A stretch of DNA of 64,000 nucleotides from Felis catus (GCF_018350175.1 NC_058373.1:101992001-102056000), one strand, 5' to 3'. Positions 26,735 through 40,760 are shown, numbered from the stretch's first letter. The notes: generated by a model not told the origin, from the sequence alone. Made by a program: numbers and translations.

Positions 26735-27511
26735 CCGGGGTCTGCAAATTCTAGCCTGCTAGCCAAATCCTGCCCACACCTGCTTTTGTAAAGTCTACGA
26801 GGTACAAATGTTTTTTATATTTAAAAACTTTTTTAAATGTTTATTTATTTTTGAGAGAGAGTAAAGAGCACGAGTAGGGGAGGGACAGAGATATAGAGAG
26901 ACACAGAATCCGAAGCAGGATCCAGGCTCTGTGCTAACACAGGACTTGAACCCATGAACCCCAAGATCATGACCTGAGCTGAAGTTAGACACTCAACCGA
27001 CTGAGCCACCTAGGAGCCCCTGATTTTTATATTTTTTAATGATTAAAACAAAAAAAAAGAAGGTTTTATTACACATAAAAATTATATGAGATTCAGTTTT
27101 CAGTGTCCATAAATATAGTTAAATTGGAACATAGCCAGGGCTCCTGGATGGCTCAGTTGGTTAAGCATACAACTCTGAATTTCGGCTAAGGTCATGGTCT
27201 CATGGTCTTAAGATGGAGCCCCGCGTGGGGCTCTGCACTGAGTGTGGAGTTTGCTTGAGATTGTCTCTCTCCCTCTCCCTCTGCCCCTCCCCGGCTTGCA
27301 CGTGCACATGCTCTCTTTCTCTTTCTCTCTAAAAATAAAAAATAAAAAAATGAATTGGAACACAGCCATATCTATTCATTTACATATTGCCTTACGGCAG
27401 CTTTCACACTACAATGGCAAAGTTCAGCAGTTGCAACAGAAACCACCATGATCTGCCAAGTCTAAAATATTTCCTATCAGTCACTTTGCAGAAAAAGTTT
27501 TGCAATCCCTG
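26735..27511. mobile_element. MER58B-like hAT-Charlie element interrupted by two SINECs (26825-27020 minus; 27138-27349 plus)
   Basis: TIRs ccggggtctgcaaa...tttgcaatccctg; 8-bp TSD ATCTAGAG/ATCTAGCG; internal attggaacacagcca duplicated as the TSD of the plus SINE. Confidence 0.85.
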
Positions 27512-29958
27512 ATCTAGCGTACCAAAAGGACTGAGAATTACAGAGAAATAAAGATGCAAAAATTCAGATGAAAGCAATGATTTCTTTATTTCATCCAAGA
27601 ATTCACATACTTTATCTTTATCCTTTTTTCCCCCAAAACTTACTTCAGCTGTAACGTTCGAAGATATTTCAAATAGTCGTTACAGACCCTATACTTACCT
27701 TTTTTCTCTTGGCTCCATATATGTAGATAAAGATGTATATATATATTTTAAAGATATATATTTTTAACTTTGAACAAAAGAAGTACAGGCACACGATTTT
27801 TTAAAAAGTCAAAAAGCGACAGGTTTACAATTTAAGCAAGAGTCGACCCCACCTCCCCATTTACAAACAACGTCTTAAAAGTGGTTCACCTGTATCTCCT
27901 TGTAGTAACTTAACTAAAAAATGTGCTTAATTGCTCTTTCTTGATTGTTCAAGTTAGATGTTATCTAAACTGTGTCGTCACAAATGAAGATAGAGGTTAT
28001 CTTACAACTTTTAGTTAACTCAGTAATCAGTGTTTACTTTATGACTGTGTAAATATTTCTCACCACAGAGACAAGTAGCATTCCATGGTTATGTTTCTCA
28101 CATCCATATTTTTGTTTTCTTCCATGTTTTTAAAAGCTAAGAGGGGGAACTCTGTGTCCCAATACTGTCAGAAATTCTAGGTCTCCAATAATGATCTTCC
28201 CCAAACTCAGTACACTGCAAATTATCAGAGCAATTACATATCTATAAAACAGATTATGAAACACAGATGTTGCTTAAAAAATAAACAGTCTGTTCAGAAT
28301 TACAGGCACTCAGGTCTGCACTCCCCTTCCATGTCACAATACCTCATGTGGCTTTTACATAAGAGTTTTGGCCCTTTGCTTTCAATCCTAAAGGAAAAGA
28401 GTAAGAAGAGTAAGGAGGACAAGTCTGCATTGCTCACTTCATCTGCTTACAGAACATGTTATTGAAGAACCACTGCCCCCAGACTTCCCTGTTCCAGCCT
28501 CTAAAACTGAAAGTAAATCAAAGAGGCCAGGACTCCCAGTCCACGAGCTATTTTCTTAGAATTCGATGTTAACTTACGACTTTAAAGGTTCTCAACAAGA
28601 ACCACCTGAGTTACCTGCCTAATCCCAGAACTTTCTTCAGTGTGAGACCAAGACATTAAGGTGGACAGGGATCAAAAATCTAATCCACCTCCAGGTGGAA
28701 GGACTCTAAAAATCACAATCCAAACCTCAAATGATCACTTCACATACTTTGGGTTGAGAGCTGACTTATAAGCAAGAACTTTCTTGTTACAAACAATGCT
28801 GAAATGAATAAACCTTGTACACAAACAACACTTTGACACATACACAAATACATGTAAAGGATAAATTCTCAAAAGTAGGATTGTTGGGGCAAAAAAAAAA
28901 AATATATATATATATAGTTGTTTCCAATGACATATAGAGGATCTTTCAGAATTTGATCTTTTTTGCTTATACTCAATATGATTTCTAGATCTATATTGTT
29001 CAGGACTACATGGTTACGATTAAATTGCATTTTCTATGCATCGTGTATACTTACTTCTCTAGGCTAATTAGGGAATGATTTATCATAGATTGCATTTCTA
29101 ACCCCAGCACCTCCCCATGTTATGTTTGCCTGAGTACAGTCCCTTCTAATGCCACCTGTTTATATCATCTACCCCCCACCCCTATTCTCTATATCCCTTC
29201 AATTTCAAATTCATCCATGTAGTGTTGTTTATAATCTCCTCAATTCCAAGCTCAGCAATGCTCTTACTTTTGCAGAAACAGTGGGTTATAATAAAGGTAG
29301 CTCCACACTGATTCACTATAGACCAGTAATTCTGACCCAACAAAAGGAGACATCAGGCCATGGTGTGTGCCATGATGATTTGGAGTACCCTGACCAGTAA
29401 CAAGGAGAAAGAATATGATCATTTCTCAGAAAGAAACTGAGAGGGCCCCTCCTCTCAGAGATTATCTCCTCTCAAAGAAAATAAAATTATTTTCATTCAA
29501 CTGTACTTAGAAAAGGTAAGTATCTTTTGACTTAGATCAAATCCCTTTTAGAAATAATTTTAGCAAAAGTCTTCCAGTCTGTCTTTAGACACAAAGCCAC
29601 ATTAAACAAAATATGATTGCCTCAACCACATGAGCAGTGTAGTTAGTACCAGCTTTGTTAAAGATAGAAGTCTGAATGCTTATTGCATTTGGCAGTTTAG
29701 TGATTTGATTTTTGCTGAAAATAACATTTTGAAGTATTGGACAACCAGAGAAATTAAAGAAACGTCTGTCCCATATCCTCTAGGAGAACATTGGCCATAA
29801 TCTTTGAGACCCAATTTGATAATAAATGTATTACGACTTTAACACAAAGGTAGAACAATGAAAATATTGTTCACTTAGGAATATATTACATTTTTAAAAT
29901 GATACTCAATGTTGGTAATACTTTGTCTGGAAGCAATCTGGAATATTTACCAAAAGTC

Positions 29959-29960
<2 letters not shown>

Positions 29961-30012
<52 letters not shown>

Positions 30013-30034
30013 CGCGCGCGCGCGCACATACGCG
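29961..30034. repeat. (TG)n(CG)n compound microsatellite
   Basis: ~22 TG units followed by ~10 CG units. Confidence 0.97.
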
Positions 30035-30443
30035 CTTAAATTTCCTCCTGAGAACAGTTTTCCAATAACCTCAAAACACACCCTTTCACTTACAAACAAT
30101 TGATGTACTAATCACAAATCATTCTCATCTATTTATTAGCTAGTTTCAGTAAAGCCATACATAATCCAAGGTCTTTCTTTACAATGTCCTAGTGTTTTTA
30201 TTATTATTTTAACAAGATGAACTGTGGTTTCCGTATACTGTCATTAGAAAGGACTAAAGATCACAAGCATACTGAAATGCAGAACTCAGATCTCAAGAGT
30301 TTTTTTTTTTAATGTGAAGATGTGGGATGTGAGATTATAATAAAACAATACAATGGACCCTTGTGCTGTTAGAACTGTTTACTTATCTTGACCCTGTGGA
30401 AGTGGATACCAAACCAAATGTTCATTATTAAAACTTAATACAA

Positions 30444-30445
<2 letters not shown>

Positions 30446-30477
<32 letters not shown>
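30446..30477. repeat. (CA)n microsatellite inside an old L1 3' fragment
   Basis: Pure CA repeat within L1MC/MD-like 3' UTR sequence (~30330-30680). Confidence 0.9.
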
Positions 30478-30480
<3 letters not shown>

Positions 30481-30689
30481 TACAAGCAAAACTGGGAAAA
30501 TCTGAATAAGATTAGTGAATTGTATCAATGTCAGTATCCTGGTTATGATACTGTATGATAGTTTTGTTCAATTTAGCATTGAGGGAAACCATTGCAAAGT
30601 ATATAAGGGATCTCTGTGCAATGTTTTTCACAATAGCATGTAGACCTACAACTGTCTCAAGAAAATATTCTGTTTAAAAATGTGAATCT

Positions 30690-30920
30690 GGGGCACCTGT
30701 GTGGCTCAGTCAGTTGGGCATCCAACTTTGGCTCAGGTCATGATCTCATGGCTCGTGGGTTTGGGCCCCGCATTAGGCTCTATGCTGACAGCTTGGAGCC
30801 TAGAGACTGCTTCAGATTCTGTGTCTCCCTCTCTCTCTGCCCCTCACCCTACTCACATTCTATCTCCCTCTCTCAAAAACAAATAAACATTAAAACAAAT
30901 TTTAATAAAAAAATAAAAAT
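30690..30920 (+). mobile_element. SINEC
   Basis: Full element; TSD AAAAT(G/A)TGAATCTG. Confidence 0.93.
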
Positions 30921-33302
30921 ATGAATCTGCCAAGATAAATGAAGTGCAAAGGTGCCCCTAGGTAAAAGAAGAAATTAATCTGTGTACTATTTACTAGGAG
31001 ACAGTTACATATAAAGGGATAACTATATATGTAGAGGTTGGGAGGTGTCATGACTAGTTCAAGTGAGGTCATCCATTTTTGTTAAGAGAGGGGAAGAAGG
31101 AAAAAGGGGGAGTGACTTTCTGTTCTAGTAAATCCATATCTAGAACCTTATTCTTGGGAAATAGAAATGTTTACTATAGCATTATTTATAATAATAAAAA
31201 ACTGGAAACAATCTATAAGTTCTTCATTATAAATTTGAGCAATACATGATGATATTCCCATCATGGAATGTCACATAACCATTTAAACAAAGTTGTAAGA
31301 TACCAAGAGAGGGAAAGGCTATGTGTACTTTACAGTATCTAAAGAATTAGACAGTTACATGGGGATAACGAGGAGGCAAAGACTGGCAGAGTATATATCA
31401 AAGTGTTAATAATGAACACTAAAAAGAAATTTGAGACAATCTGAGAAAAGGTCAATGCAGAATGGGTATGATATTAAGTAATCATTGTAGATTTTTGTTG
31501 GGTGTAGTAATGCGTGTGTGTTTTAAGTCCTTCCTTGCCCTTTATTCATTGGTGTTACATATTGAAGTAAATACAGATGAAATGAAATGATGTCTGGACA
31601 AATTTGTTCTAAATAATCCAGGAGTGTATATATATTATTTTTACAACTTTAAAATAAATGTTAAGAGTAGTTATCCCTGGGCTGTGTGATTATAGGTAAC
31701 TAGTCCTTTTCTTTATACCTTCCTATATTTTCTAAGTTTTCTATGATGATCAACTAAAAAAATCAGGGGGAAAAAGTAAGATATATTTAGAAAAATCAGA
31801 CCAGAGAATTAAGTTATTTATACACGCGTAATTGCAGCACTAATTATATTAATCTGGAGACAGTCCCTTTTAAGGGGCAATTTACCTTTAGACTTATCAG
31901 CTGAGTGGTTGCAGATGCCCTTAACTGTGGATGGTGGAACCGATTGCTCACAGCTCGCAGAAGGATCCATGCAGCTGCTTTTCTGTCCAAATCACCTGGA
32001 CTTGGGCCCAGTGGCTTCCTGATGTGTCCCATGGCTCTGAACAGATCTATCTTAGACTAGTGGTTCTCAACCAGAGGAACCCACCAAAATAACCAAGGGC
32101 AGTTTTTTTTTTTTTTCAAAATACAAATACCAAGTAAGTCTTCATAGGGTAGAGACACATGTATTATCTAACAGTTCCCCAGGCAATTCTGATTCAAATA
32201 AGCAAACTGATATACATTAAATGCGGTATAGGAATAATTCTCTGTGTGTATTAACTTGCTTACATACGCCTTAAATATTTTTGGAATTATAAGTAAGAAG
32301 GTAGTAAAAAGCAGTCATTTGGGGGAGGGGAACTGGGTGCTTGGGGACAGACTTTTCACTGTGTTTTTGAATTGTATGCAAATGAATGCATTCGCTATTC
32401 AAAAATGGTGACAAGTGGGGAGAAAAAATTTTAAGAGCCTCTGCTTTAAACACTCAGCTCATCAGAAGCACTTCTCATTGCTAAAGTGGTCAAACTTCTG
32501 TAAAGTGGACACATTTTTTGGCTGAAATTTTTGCTAAAAAAAGTTTCCAAAAAAGCATCTAATGTTGATCTAAGAACACTACAAATAATAATCTTAATGG
32601 ATCTCACATTCTGATAGTTACAGAAACCACTCACCACTTTAGAGCGACACATTTTACCATTAAAAGTACAAACAGCCTCCATGGAGGAAAGAGGGTTTTC
32701 AATTTACAATAATAGTAAAGCATTTCATAAAATATCCCTGGTAGTAACTATTGTCTGGCTTACTCACAGGCAGAAGTAAAAGTAAGCTTTTCCTTAATAT
32801 CATTTGTGCTGTTTGCATTTTGTTCTAAGTACATGTGTTACCAGTATAAAAAAAAAAAAACATTTTTTTAAAATGTGAGCATTTAAGACCGTATGACCAG
32901 ATGAAACAATACACGTAGCCAATTCACAACCCTATCTTTGCACTTTTGAGTTCAGAGGACAAGGCCAATTTACATTTTCAAAAATCAGATTCCAATTCAA
33001 AACAATGGGGGCTCAGCGTTACAGAGGTCACCTGGAAAAGATTAACTAACTACAATGATGAGCTGTTATGAGTAATCTAATGGCCTGAGCCCATTGACTA
33101 ATAGAAAGACCAACAGATGGAGCAACAAGATAGGAACCTCTGTTCTTTAATCCAGTGGCAGTGATGCAAGTCATTTAATCTTCCTAGAGCCCAAACTTGC
33201 TCACCGATAAAATAGAAATGTTCTTTATTCAAGAAGACTGTCAAGAAAATAATACTGTGGGAAGTTCTATTGAATGTTTACCCCACTTTAAAAGAGCACC
33301 TT

Positions 33303-33763
33303 GGGGGTGCCTGGGTAGCTCAGTCAGTTGAGCATCTGACTTCGGCTCAGGTCATGATCTCACAGTTCATGGCATTTGAGCCCTGCATCGGGCTCTGTGC
33401 AGACAGCTCGGAACCTGGAGCCTGCTTCAGATTCTGTCTCCCTCTCTCTCTCTGCCTCTCCCCCACTCACTCTGTCTCTCTCTCTCAAAAATAAATGAAC
33501 ATTTTTTAAATAGATAGATAGATATAGATAGATAAGCAAGCACCTTGTAGGAGCACCTGATTGGCTCAGTCGGTTAATTGTCTGATGCTCAGGTCATGAT
33601 CTCCCAGGTTTGTTAGTTTGAGCCCTGCATGGGGCTGTCTGATGTCGGTGCAGAGCCTGCTTCAGATCCTCTGCCTCCCTCTCTCTGTCCCTCCCCAATG
33701 TGCATGTACTCTCACTCTCTCACTCAAAATAAACAAACATCAAAAAAAAAAAAAAAAAAAAAA
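33303..33763 (+). mobile_element. Two tandem SINECs (33303-33510, 33549-33763)
   Basis: Two heads and bodies separated by (ATAG)n. Confidence 0.9.
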
Positions 33764-34348
33764 CCAAGCATCTAGTAACAACTTTTCCAGATTTAACATT
33801 GGGTACACATGTACATGTGCACATCACACACAGTGTTAAATCTGGAAAATTCTTCTTCCATCCCCCCAAAATTAAAATGCAGGGAACAAATGATCAGTTT
33901 TCAAAACTCAGGGTTTCACCTTGATTTACATTTTTTTTTACAATGCTCTAGTTAAAAAGGCCATGAGAATTTATTGTTGACCTATCTATACTTCAAATGT
34001 ATAAGACCCTTTTTATTTTATAATTATTTTATAAATATTAAGTTTATGTGGAAAATTCTGTTAAAATATTCAAGGATTGACATAAAAAAATCACTCTCCT
34101 CTTACCCCTTCATTGTGAGGTGATTTTGACAATTGCTAAGCAAAAAAAGGTCAAATTAGATTTGAATAAGGACTTCAAGTTCACATGCTCCTAGGTCACA
34201 GTGAATCAACTTTCAGGAGAATCAACTTTCAATCCAGAAATGAGAAATGAGAAATTTTGCTCTGAGATTAGTTGTCCTTGGTTAAAGTTACTTTCCAAAT
34301 GACCAATATGAAATAATCCTGTGGTTCCTGCTAGTTGTTTTAAATTGA

Positions 34349-34569
34349 TTTAAAAAAAAATTTTTTTTAACGTTTATTTATTTTTGAGACAGAGAGAGAC
34401 AGAGCATGAACGGGGGAGGGTCAGAGAGAGGGAGACACAGAATCTGAAACAGGCTCCGGGCTCTGAGCCATCAGCCCAGAGCCCGACGCAGGGCTCGAAC
34501 TCACGGACTGCAAGATCATGACCTGAGCTGAAGTCGGCCGCCCAACCAACTGAGCCACCCAGGCACCCC
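34349..34569 (-). mobile_element. SINEC_Fc
   Basis: Full element; TSD AAATTGATTT. Confidence 0.94.
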
Positions 34570-35867
34570 AAAATTGATTTTTTTTAATTTACTAACTTTT
34601 CTGTCTCTTTTCAGTTTATCCCTAGGTTGTAGATGTGAAATGACCCTCCAAAGAGAAAAGTCTCCGTAAAGAAATTTACCAGTTAAGATAGGATATGACT
34701 GAAAAAATTAGTATCATCACACATATAATGGGAAACCCCACAAAAAGACAAACTAGAAAGAAAAATATCCCATTGGTCTATTCACTCAGCACATTTCAAG
34801 TAAGAAAAAATCCAGGAAAAAAAGAGGGAGAAGAAACTCATCCTAAAATGAGAAGAAAATCAACAAAGCAGAAGTGTGACAGCCTCAGAGGAAGTTTTCA
34901 CACATGCCCAGGCATTTCATCCCAGACTCCCCTCGACACAGCCTTCTCTGCACTGACCAACAGCCAAACCACATCTCTCTGGGCAGCACAGTCAGTTCCA
35001 GAAGTTAAAGGATTTCTCAAAAGGTCAGGGTTGTGGACACATTGCTCAAACCAAACAGGAGAATGTAGAAATAAGAGGAAAAGCGGATGGATGAATTAGG
35101 GCTGTGTAATACATGTGCTAGGAGTTATCCCAACAGGATTTGTAAGCAAGTCATAACTACACCATTAGGGAGAGAATAAAAGAAGCTGCTTAAAAACAAG
35201 ACCTGGTGTGTCACTTCCTTCTCCACCCCAGTCAGCCAGAGCCAGCCTGGTATCCTTACTCAGAGGGCCATACAGATGTAACAGCAGTCAGGCACCCAAA
35301 CACTCCTACCGTCCAACCCAAACCTTGGAATTCCCCAAGGACAGGACCTCAAAGTGATGGCAAGTCCTGGCGGATTCACTATTTCCAGTCCTATAATAAC
35401 CCTTCCACCTTAACCAAATCTTGGCAGCCAAGGAAGCCGTGTGGTAGATATTTTATAACTAAAGCCTATCCAGAAAAGATAGACCCCCCCCCCCCCACCA
35501 AAAAAGGAATAAACTCTATTCCATACCTGGGTGGGTGTTACTGGGTTACAAAACTAAAAAGAGCTGTGTCCAAGTTGAAGGGTGAACCTGCACTACTCAG
35601 TGCTGCCTCAGGATCCAGGCTGCCTTGGGAATAGGAGTTTAAGGTCATGGAGGAATGTCATAGAAGACAGAAGCCCTTTCTCTTCTGCTTAATTGAAGTT
35701 TCACTTCATTCAGGCAGCCACAGACATCCCAGCAGCTGACATTTCATGAGCTCACAGGGATTTCTCCAAAAACAAATGACCAAATAAATGGTAAGGATAG
35801 TATAAAAGAAAGGGAGCAAGAGGTGAATCTACAACTTTAAACAGACTTAAGAAACATATCAACCAAT

Positions 35868-38160
35868 GAATAATCCAAAGAAGAAATTAAGAAAATTCTA
35901 TTTACAATAGCATCACAAAGAATAGAGTAGGTGATGAATACATGGAGCACAGATGATACTTAGGGCAGCAAAAACTACTCTGTATGACAGTGTAATGGTG
36001 GATACACATTATTATGCTGTATTATTATATTGTCCAAACCAATAGAAGGTACAACACCAAGAGTGAAACCTAATGTAAACTATGGACTTTGTGTCAATGT
36101 TGGTTGATCATTTGTAACAAATGCACCACTCTGCTGTAGGATGATGATAATGGGGGAGGCCACATGAGCATGGGCAGGAGGTATAGGAGAAATCTCTGTA
36201 TCCTGACCTAAACTGTCTAATAAAGTCTGTTAAAATAAAATAAAATAAAATAAAATAAAATAAAATAAAATAAAATAAAATAAAATAAAATAAAACAAAA
36301 TAAAATAAGATACTTAGGAATAAACTTAACCAAGATGGGGAAAGACTTAAACGGTGAAAACTACAAAACAGTGATGAAAGAAATTAAAAACATAAATAAA
36401 TGGAAAAAATATCTCATGTTCATGGATTATAACACTTAATATTATTAAAATATTCATACTACCCAAAGAATCTCTACATTCAATGAAATCCCAATGGCCT
36501 TTTTTGCAGAAATAGATTTATATGGAATCTCAAAGGACCCCAAATAGCCAAAACCATTTTGAAACAAAGCTGGAGGCCTCACACTTTCTCTCTCATTTCA
36601 AAACATATTACAAAGCTACAACAATTAAAATAGTGTAGTTCTAGCATGAAGACATATAGACCAATAGAACAGAATAGACAGCTCAGAAATAAATCCGCAT
36701 GTATATGAGCAAATGATTTTTGACAAAGGTGCCAATGCTACACAATGGGGGAAGAGAATCTCTTCAACAATGGTGTTGGAAAAACTAGGCACCCACTTGT
36801 AAAAGAATGAAGTTGGACCCATACTTTACACCATACACAAAAATTAACTAAAAATGGATTAAAGATCTAAACGTGAGAACTAAAACCATAAAACCCCTAG
36901 AAAAAAGCATAGAGGGAAATCTTCACAACGCTCAAATGGGCAATGATTTCTTGGATATGACCCCAAAGGCATAGGCAACAAAAGTAAAAGTAGACAAATG
37001 GGACTACATCAAACCTAAAAACTGTGCATCAAAAGAAGCAAAGACTGAAAAGGCAATCTATAAAATGGGAAAACTATTTGCAAACTATCTGATAAAGGGT
37101 TATAAAGAGCTCCCATGCTCAATAACAACACAAAATAAATAACCTGATTAAAAAAAAATGGGCATAGGACCCAAGTAGACTTTTCTCCAAAGAAGATACA
37201 CAAGTGACCAATATGCTTATGAAAAGATGCTCAAGATCACTAATCGTCAGTGAAATGCAAATCCAAACCACAATGAACTATTATTTCATGCCCCCTTAGG
37301 ACGGCCATAAACCAAAAAAGCTGGAAAATAACAAGTTTTGGTAAGAATGAGGAGAAATTAGAACACTTGGTACACTGTTGGTAGGAATGTAAAATGGTAC
37401 AGCCATTTTATGGAAAACAGAATGGAGGTTCCTGAAAATTTTTTAAAGAATTACCATATAGAGAGAATATAGAAATTCTATAATCCCACTTCTGGGTATA
37501 TATCGAAAAGAATTAAAAACAGGTTCTCGAAAGAGACTCATAAATATGGAGAATGAACTGAGGGTTGCTGGAGGGATTGTGGGAGAGGGGATGGGCTAAA
37601 TGGGTAAGGGGCATTAAGGAATCGACTCCTGAAATCATTGCTTCACTATATGCTAATTTGGATGTAAATTAAAAAAAAAAAAAAGCAGGTTCTCGAGGAG
37701 TTGCACACCCATATTCATTGCAGTATTATTCACAATAGCCAAGAGGTGGAAGCAATCTAAATGCCCATGAATACATTAATGAATTCTAAAAATGTAGTAT
37801 ATACATTGTGGAATATTATTTAACCTTTACAAAGAAGAAAACCCTGTCATACAACATGGATGAGTCTGGAGAATATAATGCTAAGTGAAATTAAGCCAGT
37901 CACAAAAAGACAAATACTGCATGATTCTACTTTATATGAAGAATCTAAAGTAGTCAAACTCAGAAACAGAAGCAGAATGGTGATTACCAGGATTGAGGGG
38001 AGGGGGAAAGAGTTCAGTGGATATAAGTTTTCAGTTTTACAAAATGAAAAAGGTTCTAGAGATCTGGTGTGCAACAACGTACATATAGCTGTTACTAAGT
38101 GTATACTAAAAATGGTTAGGATAGTAAATTTTATGTGTTTTTTTGCCACAATTAAAAAAA
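35868..38160 (+). mobile_element. Truncated L1 (L1MA/MB-like) with nested L1MC1-like 3' end (~35925-36305, (TAAAA)n tail) and felid L1 3' end (37531-37680)
   Basis: Decayed ORF2 (e.g. ORF 37860-38201 MSLENIMLSEI...); outer TSD AAACA(T/G)ATCAACCAAT; inner TSD AAAA(A/G)CAGGTTCTCGA. Confidence 0.88.
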
Positions 38161-38530
38161 AAACAGATCAACCAATTGCAATGTATGGAACTCATCTGTA
38201 GCTTGATTCAAACAAGCAATGAATAAATTTATGAGACAATGAGGGAAAATTGAATGCCAACTGGATATTTGATATTAAAGCATCATTTTTTGTGTGTGAT
38301 AATGGATTTTTTTTATGTAATTCCTCTCCTTTTAGATAATCAAATATTTCATGGGTGAGATAATATCTGGAATTTGCTTTGAAATAATCCAGCGGGGATG
38401 GGAGGTAACGGAGGAATCAAGATGGCCATGAGTTGAGACTTATTGAAGCTAGGTGATGGGTACATGGGGGTCACGTAATTATGTACTATCTACTGTTATG
38501 TATGTTTTTTTCTTTTTTTAAATTATTTTT

Positions 38531-38985
38531 GGGGCGCCTGGGTGGCTCGGTCGGTTAAGCATCTGACTTCGGCTCAGGTCATGATCTTGCAGTCTGTGAG
38601 TTCGAGCCCCGTGTCGGGCTCTGTGCTGACAGCTCAGAGCCTGGAGCCTATTTCAGATTCTGTGTCTCCCTCTCTCTGTGACCCTCCCCTGTTCATGCTC
38701 TGTCTCTCTCTGTCTCAAAAATAAATAAACGTTAAAAAAATTTTTTTAATTATTTTTTACGAAAAAATTTTGTTAATGTTTATTTATTTTTGAGAAAGAG
38801 ACAGAGTGTGAGAGGGGGCAGGGGCAGAGAGACAGGGAAACACAGAATCCGAAGCAGGCTCCAGGCTCTGAGCTGTCAGCACAGAGCCTGACGCAGGGCT
38901 CGAATTCACGGACCACAAGATCATGACCTGAGTTGAAGTCAGATGCTTAACCGACTGATGCTTAACCGACTTACCCAGGCGCCCC
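38531..38985. mobile_element. Tail-to-tail inverted SINEC pair (38531-38750 plus; 38767-38985 minus)
   Basis: Two full SINEs in opposite orientation, nearly abutting. Confidence 0.95.
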
Positions 38986-40000
38986 TGTTTTTTTTTTTTC
39001 CATAGTAAAGATAAAAATAAACATAAACCAGGTACCTCGGGGGAGAGGGGGGCGGCTATCGTGTATTTATACTTCACCTTGAACTCATCTACTGAGACTC
39101 CCTCTTCTCACCATCAACAAGTGGACCCAGGCCCTTCAGGGTGAATCCAGGTGTTCTGTGTTGGCAGCATTCTCTAAAACCTTTGGTGTCTGCAACTGCT
39201 CTTTCCCTAAGCGACAAAACAGGGAACTCAGCCAATCTTTAAAAGTGAAAAAACTCAGGGGCAGCAACTTGGGCTTAGTTGAGCAGCTCGTTGTTCTACT
39301 GAGTTATGGTTTTAGGAATGTGGTATTTCAATAAGCAATTCTAGATTGGGTGGCTAGATTCACCGCCCAACAGTCCACAGAGTCCTTGAAGGAGCAGCAG
39401 GCCATTCCAGAGCCCCAGAATCTGGGCACATGGACATTAGTGAAAGGCAGGGGCCTCTGCCTAGGTAGAGCAGCAAATGGGGAGAAGAACCCCAAAGGAG
39501 GTATGGACAAGGGCACCAGACACAAGACAGAAAAGAGGCAGCAAAAGCTTTGCACTTCGTTGGAAGTTTTGTCCAAGGCAGGCTCTTCCCTAGAAGAAGG
39601 AGGGAAATTCTCTTCCACTCCCAGCCCCAGCCTGCTCTTCGTCCAACAGCTCCCACACAGAAACAGCACCAGTTCTCAGGAGGCTGATGTTTTTCAAACT
39701 TAGATTTAGGACAATAGGGACATGAGGGCCACTCAGACTCCTCTTACCCCAGGCCTCCTCTTCCCTTACCAGCCAGAAGGTGAGGACAGTAATACCCAAA
39801 CCAAATACCAAAGGAAGACAGAGAACCCCAGGTTAATTTCTACTGCCACTGGGATTTATATTTTAATAGCTTGATGACTGAGGGAAGCCCTTATGATGGG
39901 TATCTTTGGTAAAAGAGAATACAATTAAAATAATCTATTGTTATATCTATACAAGTGGTTCAGAAAGAAACTACTTTCACAAGAAACTATGGTATAACAC

Positions 40001-40006
40001 TTTAAT
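40001..40006 (-). terminator. Distal polyadenylation signal ATTAAA of GCH1
   Basis: tttaat on plus = ATTAAA on minus, followed on the minus strand by GTGTT/GTTTCTTGTG/GTTTCTTTCT U/GU-rich sequence. Confidence 0.65.
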
Positions 40007-40533
40007 AATTTCAATAGAACCAACTTCAGAAACAGATGCACGCATACATAAAATTCAAACAATTGAACAGTGTACTTAAATGCATCAAATTCTTAAAAAT
40101 CCCCAAAATGGATTCACAGATATGAAAATTTTAAAGTACTGCAGACTAGAGTAAAACAGACAAGATTATTACTTTGCATTTACCAATAAGACAATAGCCT
40201 GTAGATACATTAGACCTTTATGAGAACACTTGTAGGAAATGTTAGAGACTCATTAAAAAGGAACACAATTGATCTCAGAAAGATGAATTTATAGCTAATA
40301 ATTTCTTTGGTCCTCCAAATCACATCTTTTTTTACTTCAAAATACCAAACATGAGTTGAGTGCTTAATTCTAGTTCTTAAATGTCTAAACATTAAGCAGG
40401 ATAATGTTTATATCAGATTAGATTTTTTTTAAAGGAACTCAGAATGAATTAACACTGTATTTCAGAAACTCCAAGTATAGAAAAATATAGAAAATAGAAG
40501 TAGGGAAGAATTTTTTTTTTAAACATTACTTCT

Positions 40534-40760
40534 GGGGGCGTCTAGGTGGCTCAGTTGGTTAAGCAAACAACTCTTGGTTTCAGCTCAGGTCATGATCTCA
40601 TGGGTTTGTGAGATCAAGCCCTGCATTGGGCTCTGTGTTGACAGAGCAGAGACTGCTTGGGATTTTCTCTCTCCCTCTCTCTCTCTCTCTGCCCCTACTC
40701 TGCGCATGTGTGCTCACTCTCTCTCTCAAAATAAATAAATAAACTTAAATAAATAAATAA
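40534..40760 (+). mobile_element. SINEC in the GCH1 3' UTR, antisense to the mRNA
   Basis: Full element; imperfect TSD AAACATTACTTCT/AAACAGCACTTCT. Confidence 0.93.
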
